Shown: positions 9,538 through 18,894 of the stretch, piece by piece | Numbering within the stretch: position 1 is the stretch's first letter | Layout: each line of letters opens with the position of its first letter | Sequence record: DRR378314_685 | Length of the DNA stretch: 64,000 bases | Strand: one strand, 5' to 3' | The notes under the pieces: model-generated | Told to the model about the DNA's origin: nothing | Seen by the model: only the letters and a program-made list of their open reading frames with translations | Databases searched by the model: none | Position numbers and translations under genes: made by a program

Positions 9538-10785
9538 ATGAGTTACGCACCTTTTCTTGCCGCTGCATTCCTGTTGTGGCCGATTACCAGCATGGCGGGC
9601 ACGCAGGGCAATCCACTCTTGCTTGGTCTTGCGGCTGTTCCTGTACTGTTTATTGCACGACCCGGAATTCGGCCAAAGGCGTATGTCGTGGCGGCACTCG
9701 CATTCATTGCCTGGGACGTGATAACCGAATTCTGGTCTCCCGGGTCGAGAGGAATCATCAGCGGCAGTCTCTTCGGAGGTGACCTGGCGATTCGGTCAGC
9801 CGGATTGCGTCTCGCACTCGTCCTAGCATTCGCAGTTTTACTGGTGGGCGGTCTGCTTAAAATTCAGGAGGGGCGCGCTCAGGTGTCGTCCCGTATCATG
9901 CTGGGAAGCGTTTCGATTCACGGTGTCATGGTCTGGCTCAGCCCTTTCCTGGCGGCATCTGTCATTCCGTTTTTCTATGGTCACGATCCTGCGCAGTATC
10001 CGAGTGGGTTCCAGAATCTGGACCGGGGCGCCAATGCGTTCGCACTCGTGTTGCCCGTGCTCGCTGCGTATCTGGGAACGCGGGCGGGTCTGGCCTGGAA
10101 GGCGCTCGCGCTTGTCGCTGTTTTGGCGAGCGTCGCCAGTTTTGCCTTGCTCGGAGTATCCGCTGCCATGTTTGGCGCGATCTTGATGTTGGTCGCATTT
10201 CTGGTGGTGCGCGTGTTCCCGAAATATGGATTGCGCGGCTTGTTCACCTTCGCCGCTGCCTATCTCCTGAGTGCACCGCTCTTGATCGGCGGATTGCTGG
10301 GCTTGGTAAAGGCAGCCGGGATCAATCTGCCGGGCTCCTTCCAGTCGCGCGCCTGGTCTTGGGAGGTTGTGATCGGAAAGATCGGAGAGGCGCCGCTGCT
10401 GGGGCATGGAATTGAGGCCTCGAAAACTTGGCAGGAGACCTATGCGGAGTATCCTGACTGGATGGCGCAGCTGCCGGACTTCTGGGCCTATTATCCCGTC
10501 GTGCCCGGACATCCTCACAATATGGCCCTGCAGATATGGGCGGAGACCGGATTGATCGGGGCGACGCTTGCATCGCTGGCGATCCTGGTTCTTGGATGGA
10601 CACTTCCCCTGGGCGACAGGTTGAGGAGTGATGTGCGCTATGCGACGGGGGGAATGCTCGCAGCGGCGCTGTGTCTTTTCAGCTTCTCCTACAGTGTCTG
10701 GAACGAAGCGTTCTGGGCGACTCTGGCGCTGGCCGTCAGCGCGCTCCTTCTTCTGTCACGGCGGGTACGGGAATCGCTTGCATGA
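9538..10785 (+). CDS. O-antigen ligase (Wzy_C) family membrane protein
   Basis: Many TM segments; SR..W...PLLGHG and HPHNMALQIWAETGLIG; start uncertain (9502/9529/9538). Confidence 0.85.
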   Translation: MSYAPFLAAAFLLWPITSMAGTQGNPLLLGLAAVPVLFIARPGIRPKAYVVAALAFIAWDVITEFWSPGSRGIISGSLFGGDLAIRSAGLRLALVLAFAVLLVGGLLKIQEGRAQVSSRIMLGSVSIHGVMVWLSPFLAASVIPFFYGHDPAQYPSGFQNLDRGANAFALVLPVLAAYLGTRAGLAWKALALVAVLASVASFALLGVSAAMFGAILMLVAFLVVRVFPKYGLRGLFTFAAAYLLSAPLLIGGLLGLVKAAGINLPGSFQSRAWSWEVVIGKIGEAPLLGHGIEASKTWQETYAEYPDWMAQLPDFWAYYPVVPGHPHNMALQIWAETGLIGATLASLAILVLGWTLPLGDRLRSDVRYATGGMLAAALCLFSFSYSVWNEAFWATLALAVSALLLLSRRVRESLA

Positions 10786-11591
10786 CCCTTCCAACAATTA
10801 CGGCGATCGTGGTGAGCTATCACACCGGGCCCCGTCTTCACGAATGTCTGTATGCCCTGAAATCCGATCCGGACGTCTCCGAAATTGTTGTCGTGGACAA
10901 TGGCAACCCAGCTGATGAGCAGGAGTGGATTGATCGGTTCGTGGCAAAGTCTGACAAGGTTCATTTGGTCAGGGACGGGACCAATCCCGGCTTTGGCGCT
11001 GGCGTGAACAAGGGCGCCGCCGGCGCGCTTGGCAGGTTGTTGCTTGTGATCAATCCGGATGCCGTTCTCAGGCGCGGGTCATTGGCGCGCATGGTGGGCG
11101 CGATGGACCAGCGCGCTGAGCCCGTTCTGGTTGGCGGCAAGATATTCGATATTCATGGCCGGGAGGAACGCGGTGGCCGGCGCAATACGCTGACGCTTGC
11201 TCGTGCGATGGGGTTTGGGAAATGGACGTTGGAAAACGACCCGCCTCCAAGAGAATCCATCGAAGTCGGGGCGGTTTCCGGTGCGTTCTTCATGATCGAC
11301 CGTCAGGCATTTCGCAGCATGGGCGGCTTCGATGAAGACTATTTCCTGCATGTCGAAGACGTTGATCTCTGCCGCCGCGTGATCGAGATGGGCGGAAGCG
11401 TTGTGTATCAACCGCATGCAAGCGCGCTGCACTATGGTTCGACTTCGGATGTTCCATCTGAAGCGGTTCTCGAACACAAGGCGCAGAGCCTGTCCCGCTA
11501 TTTCCGCAAGTTTGCCAGGAGCCGGAGCGAGCGCTGGCTTGTAGCGATCCTGTCTCCGTTGATGAAACAAGCGCTCAAAATGCGTGGTTAG
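10782..11591 (+). CDS. Glycosyltransferase family 2
   Basis: IVVVDNG, NPGFGAGVN, INPD, GGFDEDYFLHVEDVDLC; ATGA overlap with upstream gene. Confidence 0.9.
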   Translation: MTLPTITAIVVSYHTGPRLHECLYALKSDPDVSEIVVVDNGNPADEQEWIDRFVAKSDKVHLVRDGTNPGFGAGVNKGAAGALGRLLLVINPDAVLRRGSLARMVGAMDQRAEPVLVGGKIFDIHGREERGGRRNTLTLARAMGFGKWTLENDPPPRESIEVGAVSGAFFMIDRQAFRSMGGFDEDYFLHVEDVDLCRRVIEMGGSVVYQPHASALHYGSTSDVPSEAVLEHKAQSLSRYFRKFARSRSERWLVAILSPLMKQALKMRG

Positions 11592-12034
11592 ATGACCGGG
11601 CGCCACTGGTCTGGTGCGAGTTCGAAGCCTCCGAAATGAAAAGCGGGTGCGACGATGCAGGAAACAAGCGTCCACGCGCCAAGGGTTTCTGCGGTCTGCC
11701 AATAGTTTGCCGGAACGATTCCCTGAGGGGAGTGGCCAGCGCGCAAATCCGGACCGAGGGTCATGGCGCGTGCCCCTTGTCCATCGGGTGGTGACAGGGT
11801 CAGGGACAGCGGGCCGCCTGCATGCCACAGCCAGAATTCGTCTGCATCAACCCGATGCCACGCAGAGACTTCATCTGCTTGCAGCAGGAAATAGATCATT
11901 GTTGACGCGGCACGTTCCCCATTGAGGGCAGGGGCGCGATAGGTTTCGCTGTAATGACCGCCTTCCGGATGCTTCCTCAGGCCCAGCATTCGAATGATCT
12001 CGTTTGCGCCGAGGTCGCCGGAAATGGCGGGCAT
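11588..12034 (-). CDS. Cupin domain protein (DUF985/cupin_5)
   Basis: HPEGGHYSET, IYFLL, SAWHRV, LVSCIVAPAF. Confidence 0.88.
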   Translation of the reverse strand: MPAISGDLGANEIIRMLGLRKHPEGGHYSETYRAPALNGERAASTMIYFLLQADEVSAWHRVDADEFWLWHAGGPLSLTLSPPDGQGARAMTLGPDLRAGHSPQGIVPANYWQTAETLGAWTLVSCIVAPAFHFGGFELAPDQWRPVI

Positions 12035-12807
12035 CAGAAGCGGTCCTTTCGGGTCCGGATCTCCGCAAAGGTGTCAACTGTATTGCCCGGATGGCCCATG
12101 GCGCTTTGCAGCGCGGGATCATCGGCGCGCAGGAATGGATTTGTCGCAAGTTCCTTGTCGAGCCGCGTCGGTACAGTCGGCAGGTCGCGTGACCGGCGAT
12201 CATCGATCCATCGAATATAGTCCGCCAGATCGGTATTGTCCGGATCGATGGTCTCTGCGAACCGAGCATTTGCCTGAGTGTATTCGTGTGCGCAGTACAA
12301 TTGCGTCTCTGGCGGCAGGGATTTCAGCTTGGACAGGCTGTCCCACATCATTTCCATAGTCCCTTCGAACACGCGGCCACAGCCAAGTGCGAAAACGGAA
12401 TCGCCGACAAAGGCAGTGTTCTGCTCTGCAAAGTGAAACGCGATATGTCCAAGTGTGTGGCCGGGCACATCCAGAATGTCTGCTGTCGCGCGGCCAAGCT
12501 CAACGCGGTCGCCTTCCGACAATTGCACATCGATACCGGGAATTTTTTCGGCTTCGCCGGCGGGTCCGTAAATCGTGCAGTCGGTTGCGTCCTTGATCTT
12601 CAGATTGCCGCCGGCATGGTCCGGATGCCAATGCGTGTTCAGGATGTGGCTGATTGACCAGCCCATTCGATCCGCTTCTGCCAGGTATTTGTCGGCATCG
12701 GGCGTGTCGATGGCGGCGGTTTGTCCTGACCAGGCTTCATGCACGAGATAGCCGTAATTATCGTTCAGGCAGGGAAATTTGTGTATGTCGAGGGTGATCT
12801 TCGTCAT
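12034..12807 (-). CDS. gloB: Hydroxyacylglutathione hydrolase
   Basis: DNYGYL, THWHPDHAGG, PGHTLGH, GCGRVFEG, CAHEYT, NPFLR. Confidence 0.95.
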   Translation of the reverse strand: MTKITLDIHKFPCLNDNYGYLVHEAWSGQTAAIDTPDADKYLAEADRMGWSISHILNTHWHPDHAGGNLKIKDATDCTIYGPAGEAEKIPGIDVQLSEGDRVELGRATADILDVPGHTLGHIAFHFAEQNTAFVGDSVFALGCGRVFEGTMEMMWDSLSKLKSLPPETQLYCAHEYTQANARFAETIDPDNTDLADYIRWIDDRRSRDLPTVPTRLDKELATNPFLRADDPALQSAMGHPGNTVDTFAEIRTRKDRF

Positions 12808-12845
12808 CAGTGTCTCCAGCAGACCAGACTAGCACAGGGCCGTTC

Positions 12846-13589
12846 ATGCGTCAGGATGCCGTCACTTTGCAACGTTTCTATGCGTCCGCCCTCGGTTTGG
12901 CGGCGGCGAGGATACTATCGGGCAAGCTGACTGACCTCTGGGGAGATGCGAGGGGACTGTCGCTACTCGGGCTTGGATACGCCATTCCGGTGCTGGAGGC
13001 TTTCGGTGGAACTCCCAGTCGCAGCGTTGCGGGGGTTCCGCTCGATCATGGGCCTGTGAATTGGAACCCGTTCGGCAGGGGAAATGCCACGGTTTCAGTC
13101 GGTGATGAACGATTGCCTTTCCCGGATGGCATGTTCGATCGCGTCATTGTGCTCCACGGATTGGAGGAGTCCGGCAATCCGCGCGCCTATCTGCGTGAGA
13201 TCTGGCGCGTCACCGCCCCTGAAGGGCGTATCGTGCTGGCGGCGTCCAATCGGTCGGGTCTCTGGTCGCGTGCGACGCGGACGCCTTTCGGACAGGGCAG
13301 GCCGTGGACCAGGGCCCAGTTGATGAATTTGCTGTCCATCGGCCTGTTTCAGGTTACCGCCTCCAGCAGCGCGCTTTACATGCCGCCTGTGGCCACGCCG
13401 CTGGTCACGACCGCCGCAGAAGGTTGGGAAGTGATGGGGCGAATGCTTGCGCCGGGGCTGGGCGGTGTGGTGCTCGTGGAGGCTGTAAAACGCCTTTATG
13501 CCTCTCCAGGAGGCGGTGCGGAGGCACCTGTGACCGGAAAAGTGCGTTTGACGCGGCCTGCGACAACCAATGGTCGCGAAAGACATTGA
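12846..13589 (+). CDS. Class I SAM-dependent methyltransferase-like protein (YafS-like)
   Basis: LPFPDGMFDRV...LREIWRV.APEG; divergent from gloB, a common arrangement. Confidence 0.82.
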   Translation: MRQDAVTLQRFYASALGLAAARILSGKLTDLWGDARGLSLLGLGYAIPVLEAFGGTPSRSVAGVPLDHGPVNWNPFGRGNATVSVGDERLPFPDGMFDRVIVLHGLEESGNPRAYLREIWRVTAPEGRIVLAASNRSGLWSRATRTPFGQGRPWTRAQLMNLLSIGLFQVTASSSALYMPPVATPLVTTAAEGWEVMGRMLAPGLGGVVLVEAVKRLYASPGGGAEAPVTGKVRLTRPATTNGRERH

Positions 13590-13657
13590 CGCCCCAACCG
13601 GGCGCTCTGTACTTTAGAAAGACCTAATAGGCATTACAGATCAAAGGATTGAGCGCC

Positions 13658-14002
13658 ATGAAACTCGTAACCGCCATCTTCAAACCAAGCCGGCTGGATG
13701 CGGTCATCGATGCGCTGTCCGAAGCGGGCGCAACCGGTCTGACCGTCTCCGAAGTTCGTGGCTATGGTCGCCAGTTGGGCAAGACAGAAGTCTATCGCGG
13801 CGCTGAGTATGAAGTGCGCCTGCTGCCAAAGGTGAAAGTGGAGGTCGCATGTCCCGCGGCATCTGCTGAACGCTATGCAGAGGCGATCACGCAGGCGGCG
13901 AATACCGGCACAATCGGCGACGGCAAGATCTTCATCTACGATCTTGACAGCATCATCCGGATTCGTACCGGCGAGCGCGATGAACAGGCTGTTTCCGGCT
14001 AG
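13658..14002 (+). CDS. P-II family nitrogen regulator
   Basis: YRGAEY T-loop, TGTIGDGKIF, RIRTGE. Confidence 0.95.
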   Translation: MKLVTAIFKPSRLDAVIDALSEAGATGLTVSEVRGYGRQLGKTEVYRGAEYEVRLLPKVKVEVACPAASAERYAEAITQAANTGTIGDGKIFIYDLDSIIRIRTGERDEQAVSG

Positions 14003-14376
14003 TCTTCGCTGCCGGGTTTGAAGCTTGCCTCTTCAGCGCCGTGATGGAGCTGGAGGTTCAGCAGCACACCTTTTGCGACCGGGAGCAACCAGAGCGACAA
14101 TCCCACAACGGCTGCACACAGCACGATGAACGCAATGATCATCGGCACCAATGGCAATGGGCTCATCGGCAGCAGGAACAGGAATGGCGCGAGCAGCAAC
14201 AGCACGCCAAACCCGACGAAAAAGGCGGGTCCGTCCGCCGTATCGGCTGATGACATGTCCCGCCCGCAAACCGGGCATGTCTCGTGCAGTTTGAGGTAGG
14301 AGCTGTACAGCTTGCCCTCACCACACTGGCCGCAGCGTTGTCGAATTCCGGAAAGGATGGGGGAGGGTTGGCTCAT
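13999..14376 (-). CDS. DUF983-like membrane protein
   Basis: CGQCGEGKLY...CPVCG...DGPAFF followed by two TM helices. Confidence 0.82.
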   Translation of the reverse strand: MSQPSPILSGIRQRCGQCGEGKLYSSYLKLHETCPVCGRDMSSADTADGPAFFVGFGVLLLLAPFLFLLPMSPLPLVPMIIAFIVLCAAVVGLSLWLLPVAKGVLLNLQLHHGAEEASFKPGSED

Positions 14377-14377
14377 C

Positions 14378-14482
14378 TGTCGATACCTTTGCTCGGTGTC
14401 GTATCGCGTTGCTTCGTGTCGTCATTTGTCGCGATATGTTGCGTTCTGTCGTTCAAATGTAAGTGTGATGTCGCGGCTGTCA
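14378..14482 (+). repeat. 10-bp-phased TGTCG array A
   Basis: Cores at 14397, 14407, 14417, 14427, 14437, 14447; flanking copies at 14378, 14469, 14478. Confidence 0.85.
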
Positions 14483-14572
14483 TCTGCGGTAGATGGTTGC
14501 AGGGACATCAGACCTTGACCAATCGCGCCGCATTCCGCACCAGAGCGAGCGAAATCTGACTGCAGGAACTCC

Positions 14573-15520
14573 ATGACCAACCCCGTCTTTGAAAAGATCG
14601 CCATCATCGGCGCCGGCCTGATCGGCGCGTCCATTGCCCGGGCGACCCGCGCCTATGGGGCAGCGGAGACGGTCAGCCTGTATGACGCCGATCTGGATGT
14701 GCGCCAGCGTGCGGCCGCGATTGATCTCGGCAAAATCGCAGACGATCTGGCAACAGCGGTCGCGGATGCCGATTGCGTTATCCTGTGTGTGCCGGTTGGC
14801 GCGCTGAAAACTGTTGCCGCTGAAACCGTTCCGCTGATGAAAGCCGGCGCGATCCTGACAGATGTCGGCTCGGTGAAGGGGCAAGCGGCAGACGCCTTGG
14901 CGGCGGCGGCGGACGGGCACGTTCACATCATTCCCGGCCACCCGATTGCAGGTACTGAGCAATCCGGGCCGGAAGCGGGCTTTGAGACCCTGTTCCGGAA
15001 TGCCTGGCATATTCTGACCCCTCTCAAGGTAGACGGCGAGGAGTATGCCGAGGCGGTGTCTCGCCTCGAATCCTTCTGGACGCAGCTTGGCGCGACGGTC
15101 GAGACGATGGATGCCGCGCGGCATGACCGCGTTCTGGCGATCACGTCTCACCTGCCGCATCTGATTGCCTTCAACATCGTGGCGACAGCCTTCGACATGG
15201 AGACGGTGGAGCAGGGCGAAGTGGTGAAATACTCCGCCGGTGGTTTTCGGGATTTCACGCGTATTGCTGCCTCCGACCCGGTCATGTGGCGCGATGTGTT
15301 CCTCAACAACAAGGATGCCGTGCTGGAGTGTTTGGGCCGATTTTCTGAAGACCTGGCCGCGCTGCAACGGGCCATTCGCTGGGGCGACGGCGAGACGCTG
15401 TTCAATGAATTCACGCGGGCGCGCTCAATCCGGAAAGCCATCATTGATGCCGGCCAGGATTCCGGCGCGGTGAACTTCGGGCGCAACCAGCGCAAGGGAG
15501 ACGGAGATGAAAAAGCTTGA
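14573..15520 (+). CDS. tyrC: Prephenate/arogenate (cyclohexadienyl) dehydrogenase
   Basis: GAGLIGAS, TDVGSVK, HPIAGTEQSG, SHLPHL, GGFRDFTRIAASDP.MW. Confidence 0.93.
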   Translation: MTNPVFEKIAIIGAGLIGASIARATRAYGAAETVSLYDADLDVRQRAAAIDLGKIADDLATAVADADCVILCVPVGALKTVAAETVPLMKAGAILTDVGSVKGQAADALAAAADGHVHIIPGHPIAGTEQSGPEAGFETLFRNAWHILTPLKVDGEEYAEAVSRLESFWTQLGATVETMDAARHDRVLAITSHLPHLIAFNIVATAFDMETVEQGEVVKYSAGGFRDFTRIAASDPVMWRDVFLNNKDAVLECLGRFSEDLAALQRAIRWGDGETLFNEFTRARSIRKAIIDAGQDSGAVNFGRNQRKGDGDEKA

Positions 15521-15746
15521 GCTGACCGAAGAACGCCGCGTGACCTTGCGCGGGCATTTGCAAACCCTGTTTGCCACTGAGTTCGACGAACGGCTGAGCG
15601 ATTTCCGCGCCGACGACATTATTGACCTGATGATCAAGACCCTTGGCCCGGCTGTCTACAATCAGGCCGTGGCCGATGTTCGGGCGCATCTGCAGGGAAA
15701 GCTGGACGATCTGGACGGTGAAGTCTGGGTCGAAGACAGCCACTGA
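15507..15746 (+). CDS. DUF2164 family protein
   Basis: LGPAVYNQAVAD motif; 79 aa; overlaps end of tyrC; GGAG RBS. Confidence 0.8.
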   Translation: MKKLELTEERRVTLRGHLQTLFATEFDERLSDFRADDIIDLMIKTLGPAVYNQAVADVRAHLQGKLDDLDGEVWVEDSH

Positions 15747-15814
15747 CGCAGGTTTCACGCGCTTGTGTGTAGTGCGCGACTGAACCATGCGGCATGGTCC
15801 CGCGTATGAGACGC

Positions 15815-16339
15815 ATGACCCAAACGCTTTCCCGCCGCGCGTTGCTCCTCACCGGGGCCGCCTCGCTAGGCCTTGCCGCCTGTTCCATCAATTCGACCTC
15901 TGAAGCGGCGGATGCCGAGAACGAGAACAATGAGGATCGCTATGCGGACTCAAAATGGCGGCAGCTGACCGAAGCGGACTGGAAAGCGCGCCTCAGCGCG
16001 GCGGCCTATGGCGTGATGCGCAAGGAGGGCACGGAGCGGCCCTTCACGTCTGACCTGAACAATGAGGCCCGCACCGGCACCTATCATTGTGCGGGCTGTG
16101 ACCTGCCGCTGTTTTCATCGGATACAAAGTTTGACTCCGGCACAGGCTGGCCGAGTTTCTTTGATGTGCTGCCCGGCGCAATGGGAACCAAGCCTGATCG
16201 CAAGCTTATCTATGTGCGTACAGAATATCACTGCGCCAGATGCCTCAGTCATCAGGGGCATGTCTTCGAGGATGGCCCGGCACCGACCGGCCTGAGATAT
16301 TGCAACAATGGCGTCGCACTGACCTTCAGACCGGCCTGA
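15815..16339 (+). CDS. msrB: Peptide-methionine (R)-S-oxide reductase with Tat/lipoprotein signal
   Basis: GTERPF, KFDSGTGWPSF, HQGHVFEDGP, LRYCNNG; N-terminal SRRALL...LAAC. Confidence 0.93.
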   Translation: MTQTLSRRALLLTGAASLGLAACSINSTSEAADAENENNEDRYADSKWRQLTEADWKARLSAAAYGVMRKEGTERPFTSDLNNEARTGTYHCAGCDLPLFSSDTKFDSGTGWPSFFDVLPGAMGTKPDRKLIYVRTEYHCARCLSHQGHVFEDGPAPTGLRYCNNGVALTFRPA

Positions 16340-16346
16340 CCGAAAC

Positions 16347-17678
16347 CTATTCGATGATTTCCATGCCTTCGGGAATGATGAAAGGCGCGGTGGCCACTTC
16401 GACGCCCCCGGTTTCGATCACTTCGCCCGGCCCGCCTTCGCGGCGCTCATAGGCCTCTGCAAGAGACAGATAGGGTGGGACATGGATCCAGCCTGAATTG
16501 GCATCATTCTGCGTGATCTCGAAGTGCAGGTGGAACGTGGTCGGAGTGCCTCCAAAATCGTTGGAGACATATCCAATGTGCTGGCCTGCGGTGACGGGAT
16601 CACCGGCCTTCACCTCCAGTTTGCTCATGTTCATGTGCATGTACTTGTAGATCCGGCCGCCCGCGCGCAGATTCACGCTATAGGTGCCAACATGAGAGAT
16701 GATGCCGTCCTCCACAGCGACCACCTTGTGCAGGGCGCGGTCCGCCGCTGATGTGCGGCGCAGCGTATTGCAATCCGCCGCTGTGCCGACACGAATGTCC
16801 TGCCCCTGATGAACCTTTGGAAGAGGGCAGTAGGGAGAGGTGCGATTGGCCGAGCGGACTTCGCAGAAATTATCTCGCCACGGATAAGTGTAATTGCGCG
16901 CATCGCATTGGTCGCCGCCTGCAACGCCGCCGCCAAAGCTGAACACTTGTGACTGAAGATAGGCCGGCGCATCCGCAATCGGGAAGACGATGTCGGGCGC
17001 ATAGGCAATCTGGTCAGGCGCGCCCTGACCGGAGCCGGGCAGCAGCGCGCCAGCTTCGAAATAACTGAACGTGGGCTCGACAGGGTCCGGAAGGCTGACT
17101 GTGTCGTCGCCACCATCATTCGCTGGCGTATCCGTATCGCCCGGCGTGTCCGGAGCCTGGGTGTCATCTAAGCCTGCATCATCATCAGATGGGGGATTGG
17201 TGTCGGTATCGTCGCCAGTGTCCAGATCAGTGTCGATGTCTGTGTCCGGAACGGTGTCTGTGTCGTCAGGATTGTTTGTATCCGCATCCGGTTCGCCGTC
17301 GGTGGTATCGTCCGCGGCGGGCGTGTCGGCGTCGTCTGCGGGTGCATCCGCGTCGTCTGTGTCAGTTGCCGCATCCGTATCGTCAGGAAGGTCGTCGCTT
17401 CCATCGTCAGGCTCTGCCGGATCATCCGTTACGGGATCAGCCGGCATATCCGGCCCGGCATCTACATCGCCGTCATCTGTGCCCGTGTCTCCACCCGTAC
17501 CGTATGGATCATCCACGGGGGCAGAGGGCGGTGGCGGCCCCGGTGCGCCCGGCGGAACAGCCGGGCCTGTGTCCGGCGTTTCCGGGCTTGGCCCGCCATC
17601 CCCCGGAAATCTCACAAAGTCGCATGCGGCGAGCATCAGAGCGGTGCTCGCCAGTAGCAGCAATCTCGTTGGTTTCAT
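16347..17678 (-). CDS. M23 family metallopeptidase lipoprotein with long Asp/Thr/Pro-rich linker
   Basis: Lipobox LAAC; HQGQD and HLHFE Zn motifs; start overlaps stop of upstream gene. Confidence 0.82.
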   Translation of the reverse strand: MKPTRLLLLASTALMLAACDFVRFPGDGGPSPETPDTGPAVPPGAPGPPPPSAPVDDPYGTGGDTGTDDGDVDAGPDMPADPVTDDPAEPDDGSDDLPDDTDAATDTDDADAPADDADTPAADDTTDGEPDADTNNPDDTDTVPDTDIDTDLDTGDDTDTNPPSDDDAGLDDTQAPDTPGDTDTPANDGGDDTVSLPDPVEPTFSYFEAGALLPGSGQGAPDQIAYAPDIVFPIADAPAYLQSQVFSFGGGVAGGDQCDARNYTYPWRDNFCEVRSANRTSPYCPLPKVHQGQDIRVGTAADCNTLRRTSAADRALHKVVAVEDGIISHVGTYSVNLRAGGRIYKYMHMNMSKLEVKAGDPVTAGQHIGYVSNDFGGTPTTFHLHFEITQNDANSGWIHVPPYLSLAEAYERREGGPGEVIETGGVEVATAPFIIPEGMEIIE

Positions 17679-18322
17679 CAACGCGTCCCCGCAATTACCA
17701 GCTTGTTGGTGACCTCCAGAGCTTCCTGCTCGGAGATACACTCGGCTTCACTTGTTGGCAGCGCCTTACACTCGAACTCAACGAGATAGTCAGCGCCATA
17801 ACGTGAGAAGGAGACTTGGGCGCCCGTCATTGTAGACGTATAGGTCAGCACCGGTTCGGCCTCGTCTTCCGGGCGCGCATCGGCGCCAATCACTTCATTG
17901 GTTCCGTTTACGACGATGTCATAGTCGATGCCGGGATAGGCCGCGAAATAGCCATCGCTCATGGGCTGGAAGCGTACACCGCCCTCAGCGCCCTGAGGCA
18001 CGACGATGCCGGTCGGCAGCAGGACCGGAACGGGCGGAGCGTTGCTGCCGGACGCGACCTGGAATCCGGTTTCGCTGTCTTCACTGGAGCGCGCGGCCAT
18101 GTCGGCGCGGGCGGCTTCCCAGTCAATCGTAGCCGTGCTGGCCGTCATCACCGGGCGTTCCGCTTCGGTAGGCATCTCGACCTGCGCTTCTTCCTCGGGG
18201 GCAGGGGGGGCAGTGATTTCGACCGGTTCAGGCTCATCGGGGGATCTCGCGATCAGAAAATCGCAGGCCGTCAGGGAAACGGCGCATGCGGAAGCGATCA
18301 GGATCGTGCGGGTAGCAGTCAT
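17678..18322 (-). CDS. Hypothetical lipoprotein
   Basis: Lipobox LTAC; start and stop overlap both neighbours. Confidence 0.75.
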   Translation of the reverse strand: MTATRTILIASACAVSLTACDFLIARSPDEPEPVEITAPPAPEEEAQVEMPTEAERPVMTASTATIDWEAARADMAARSSEDSETGFQVASGSNAPPVPVLLPTGIVVPQGAEGGVRFQPMSDGYFAAYPGIDYDIVVNGTNEVIGADARPEDEAEPVLTYTSTMTGAQVSFSRYGADYLVEFECKALPTSEAECISEQEALEVTNKLVIAGTR

Positions 18323-18894
18323 TTGCGTTTGTCCTCTCCGGGATGGGCAACAAAGTCCGGGTCTGCATAGGCAACCCCGTCGATCGACAGAATCCTTGTG
18401 CGGATTTCCTCGATCCGGCCGCGCGTGGCATCGACGCCTGCGGGCAGCGTATAGGCAAGGCTGATCTCTCCGGAATAGCTCGCGCCGACGAGCTTGAACT
18501 CCTTCAGCGCCGGAATGTCTGCAGCGAGATCATCAAAGGCGGCCAGCGCCGTGTTGCGGTCGCGCTTGTAGTTGCGGCAGATCGTGTCGATCTCCGGCCG
18601 CCCTTTGAGGCGAACAATGAACGTAACCTCTGCGGGGCCAGATGCGGCCGGGGCGTCTTTGGATGTGGAGGCCGCCTGAACCTGTTCCACGCCGACACTT
18701 CCGATTGGGGGGCGGGGATCCGTTGTCGGCTCCTTTACGGGCGAGACGACGCTGCCCTGCTGGATGGCCGGTTGCGGCGTATCCGGATCATCATTTGCCA
18801 CGAAGACCAGGCCCACCGCGCTCCCCAACAGGGCGATTCCGGCAATGCCAAGGGGGCCGCCGACATGTATGGGGGAGGGGCGGCGCTTTGACAT
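18319..18894 (-). CDS. Membrane-anchored hypothetical protein with subtilase-propeptide-like C-terminal domain
   Basis: One N-terminal TM helix, Pro-rich linker, FIVRLK...GVAYADPDFVAH. Confidence 0.65.
   Translation of the reverse strand: MSKRRPSPIHVGGPLGIAGIALLGSAVGLVFVANDDPDTPQPAIQQGSVVSPVKEPTTDPRPPIGSVGVEQVQAASTSKDAPAASGPAEVTFIVRLKGRPEIDTICRNYKRDRNTALAAFDDLAADIPALKEFKLVGASYSGEISLAYTLPAGVDATRGRIEEIRTRILSIDGVAYADPDFVAHPGEDKRK

Noticed and set aside
14468-14518. Short ORF MSRLSSAVDGCRDIRP upstream of tyrC as a leader peptide
   Set aside because: Contains no Tyr or Phe codons
14284-14559. Cys/Val-rich ORF across array A (and ORF 39988-40494 across array B)
   Set aside because: By-products of TGTCG periodicity; they overlap real genes on the other strand, and a 10-bp period is not codon-compatible
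17090-17600. Repetitive GTC/TCG-rich DNA and a Ser-rich + strand ORF (17071-17712)
   Set aside because: Explained by the Asp/Thr/Pro linker of the - strand M23 lipoprotein
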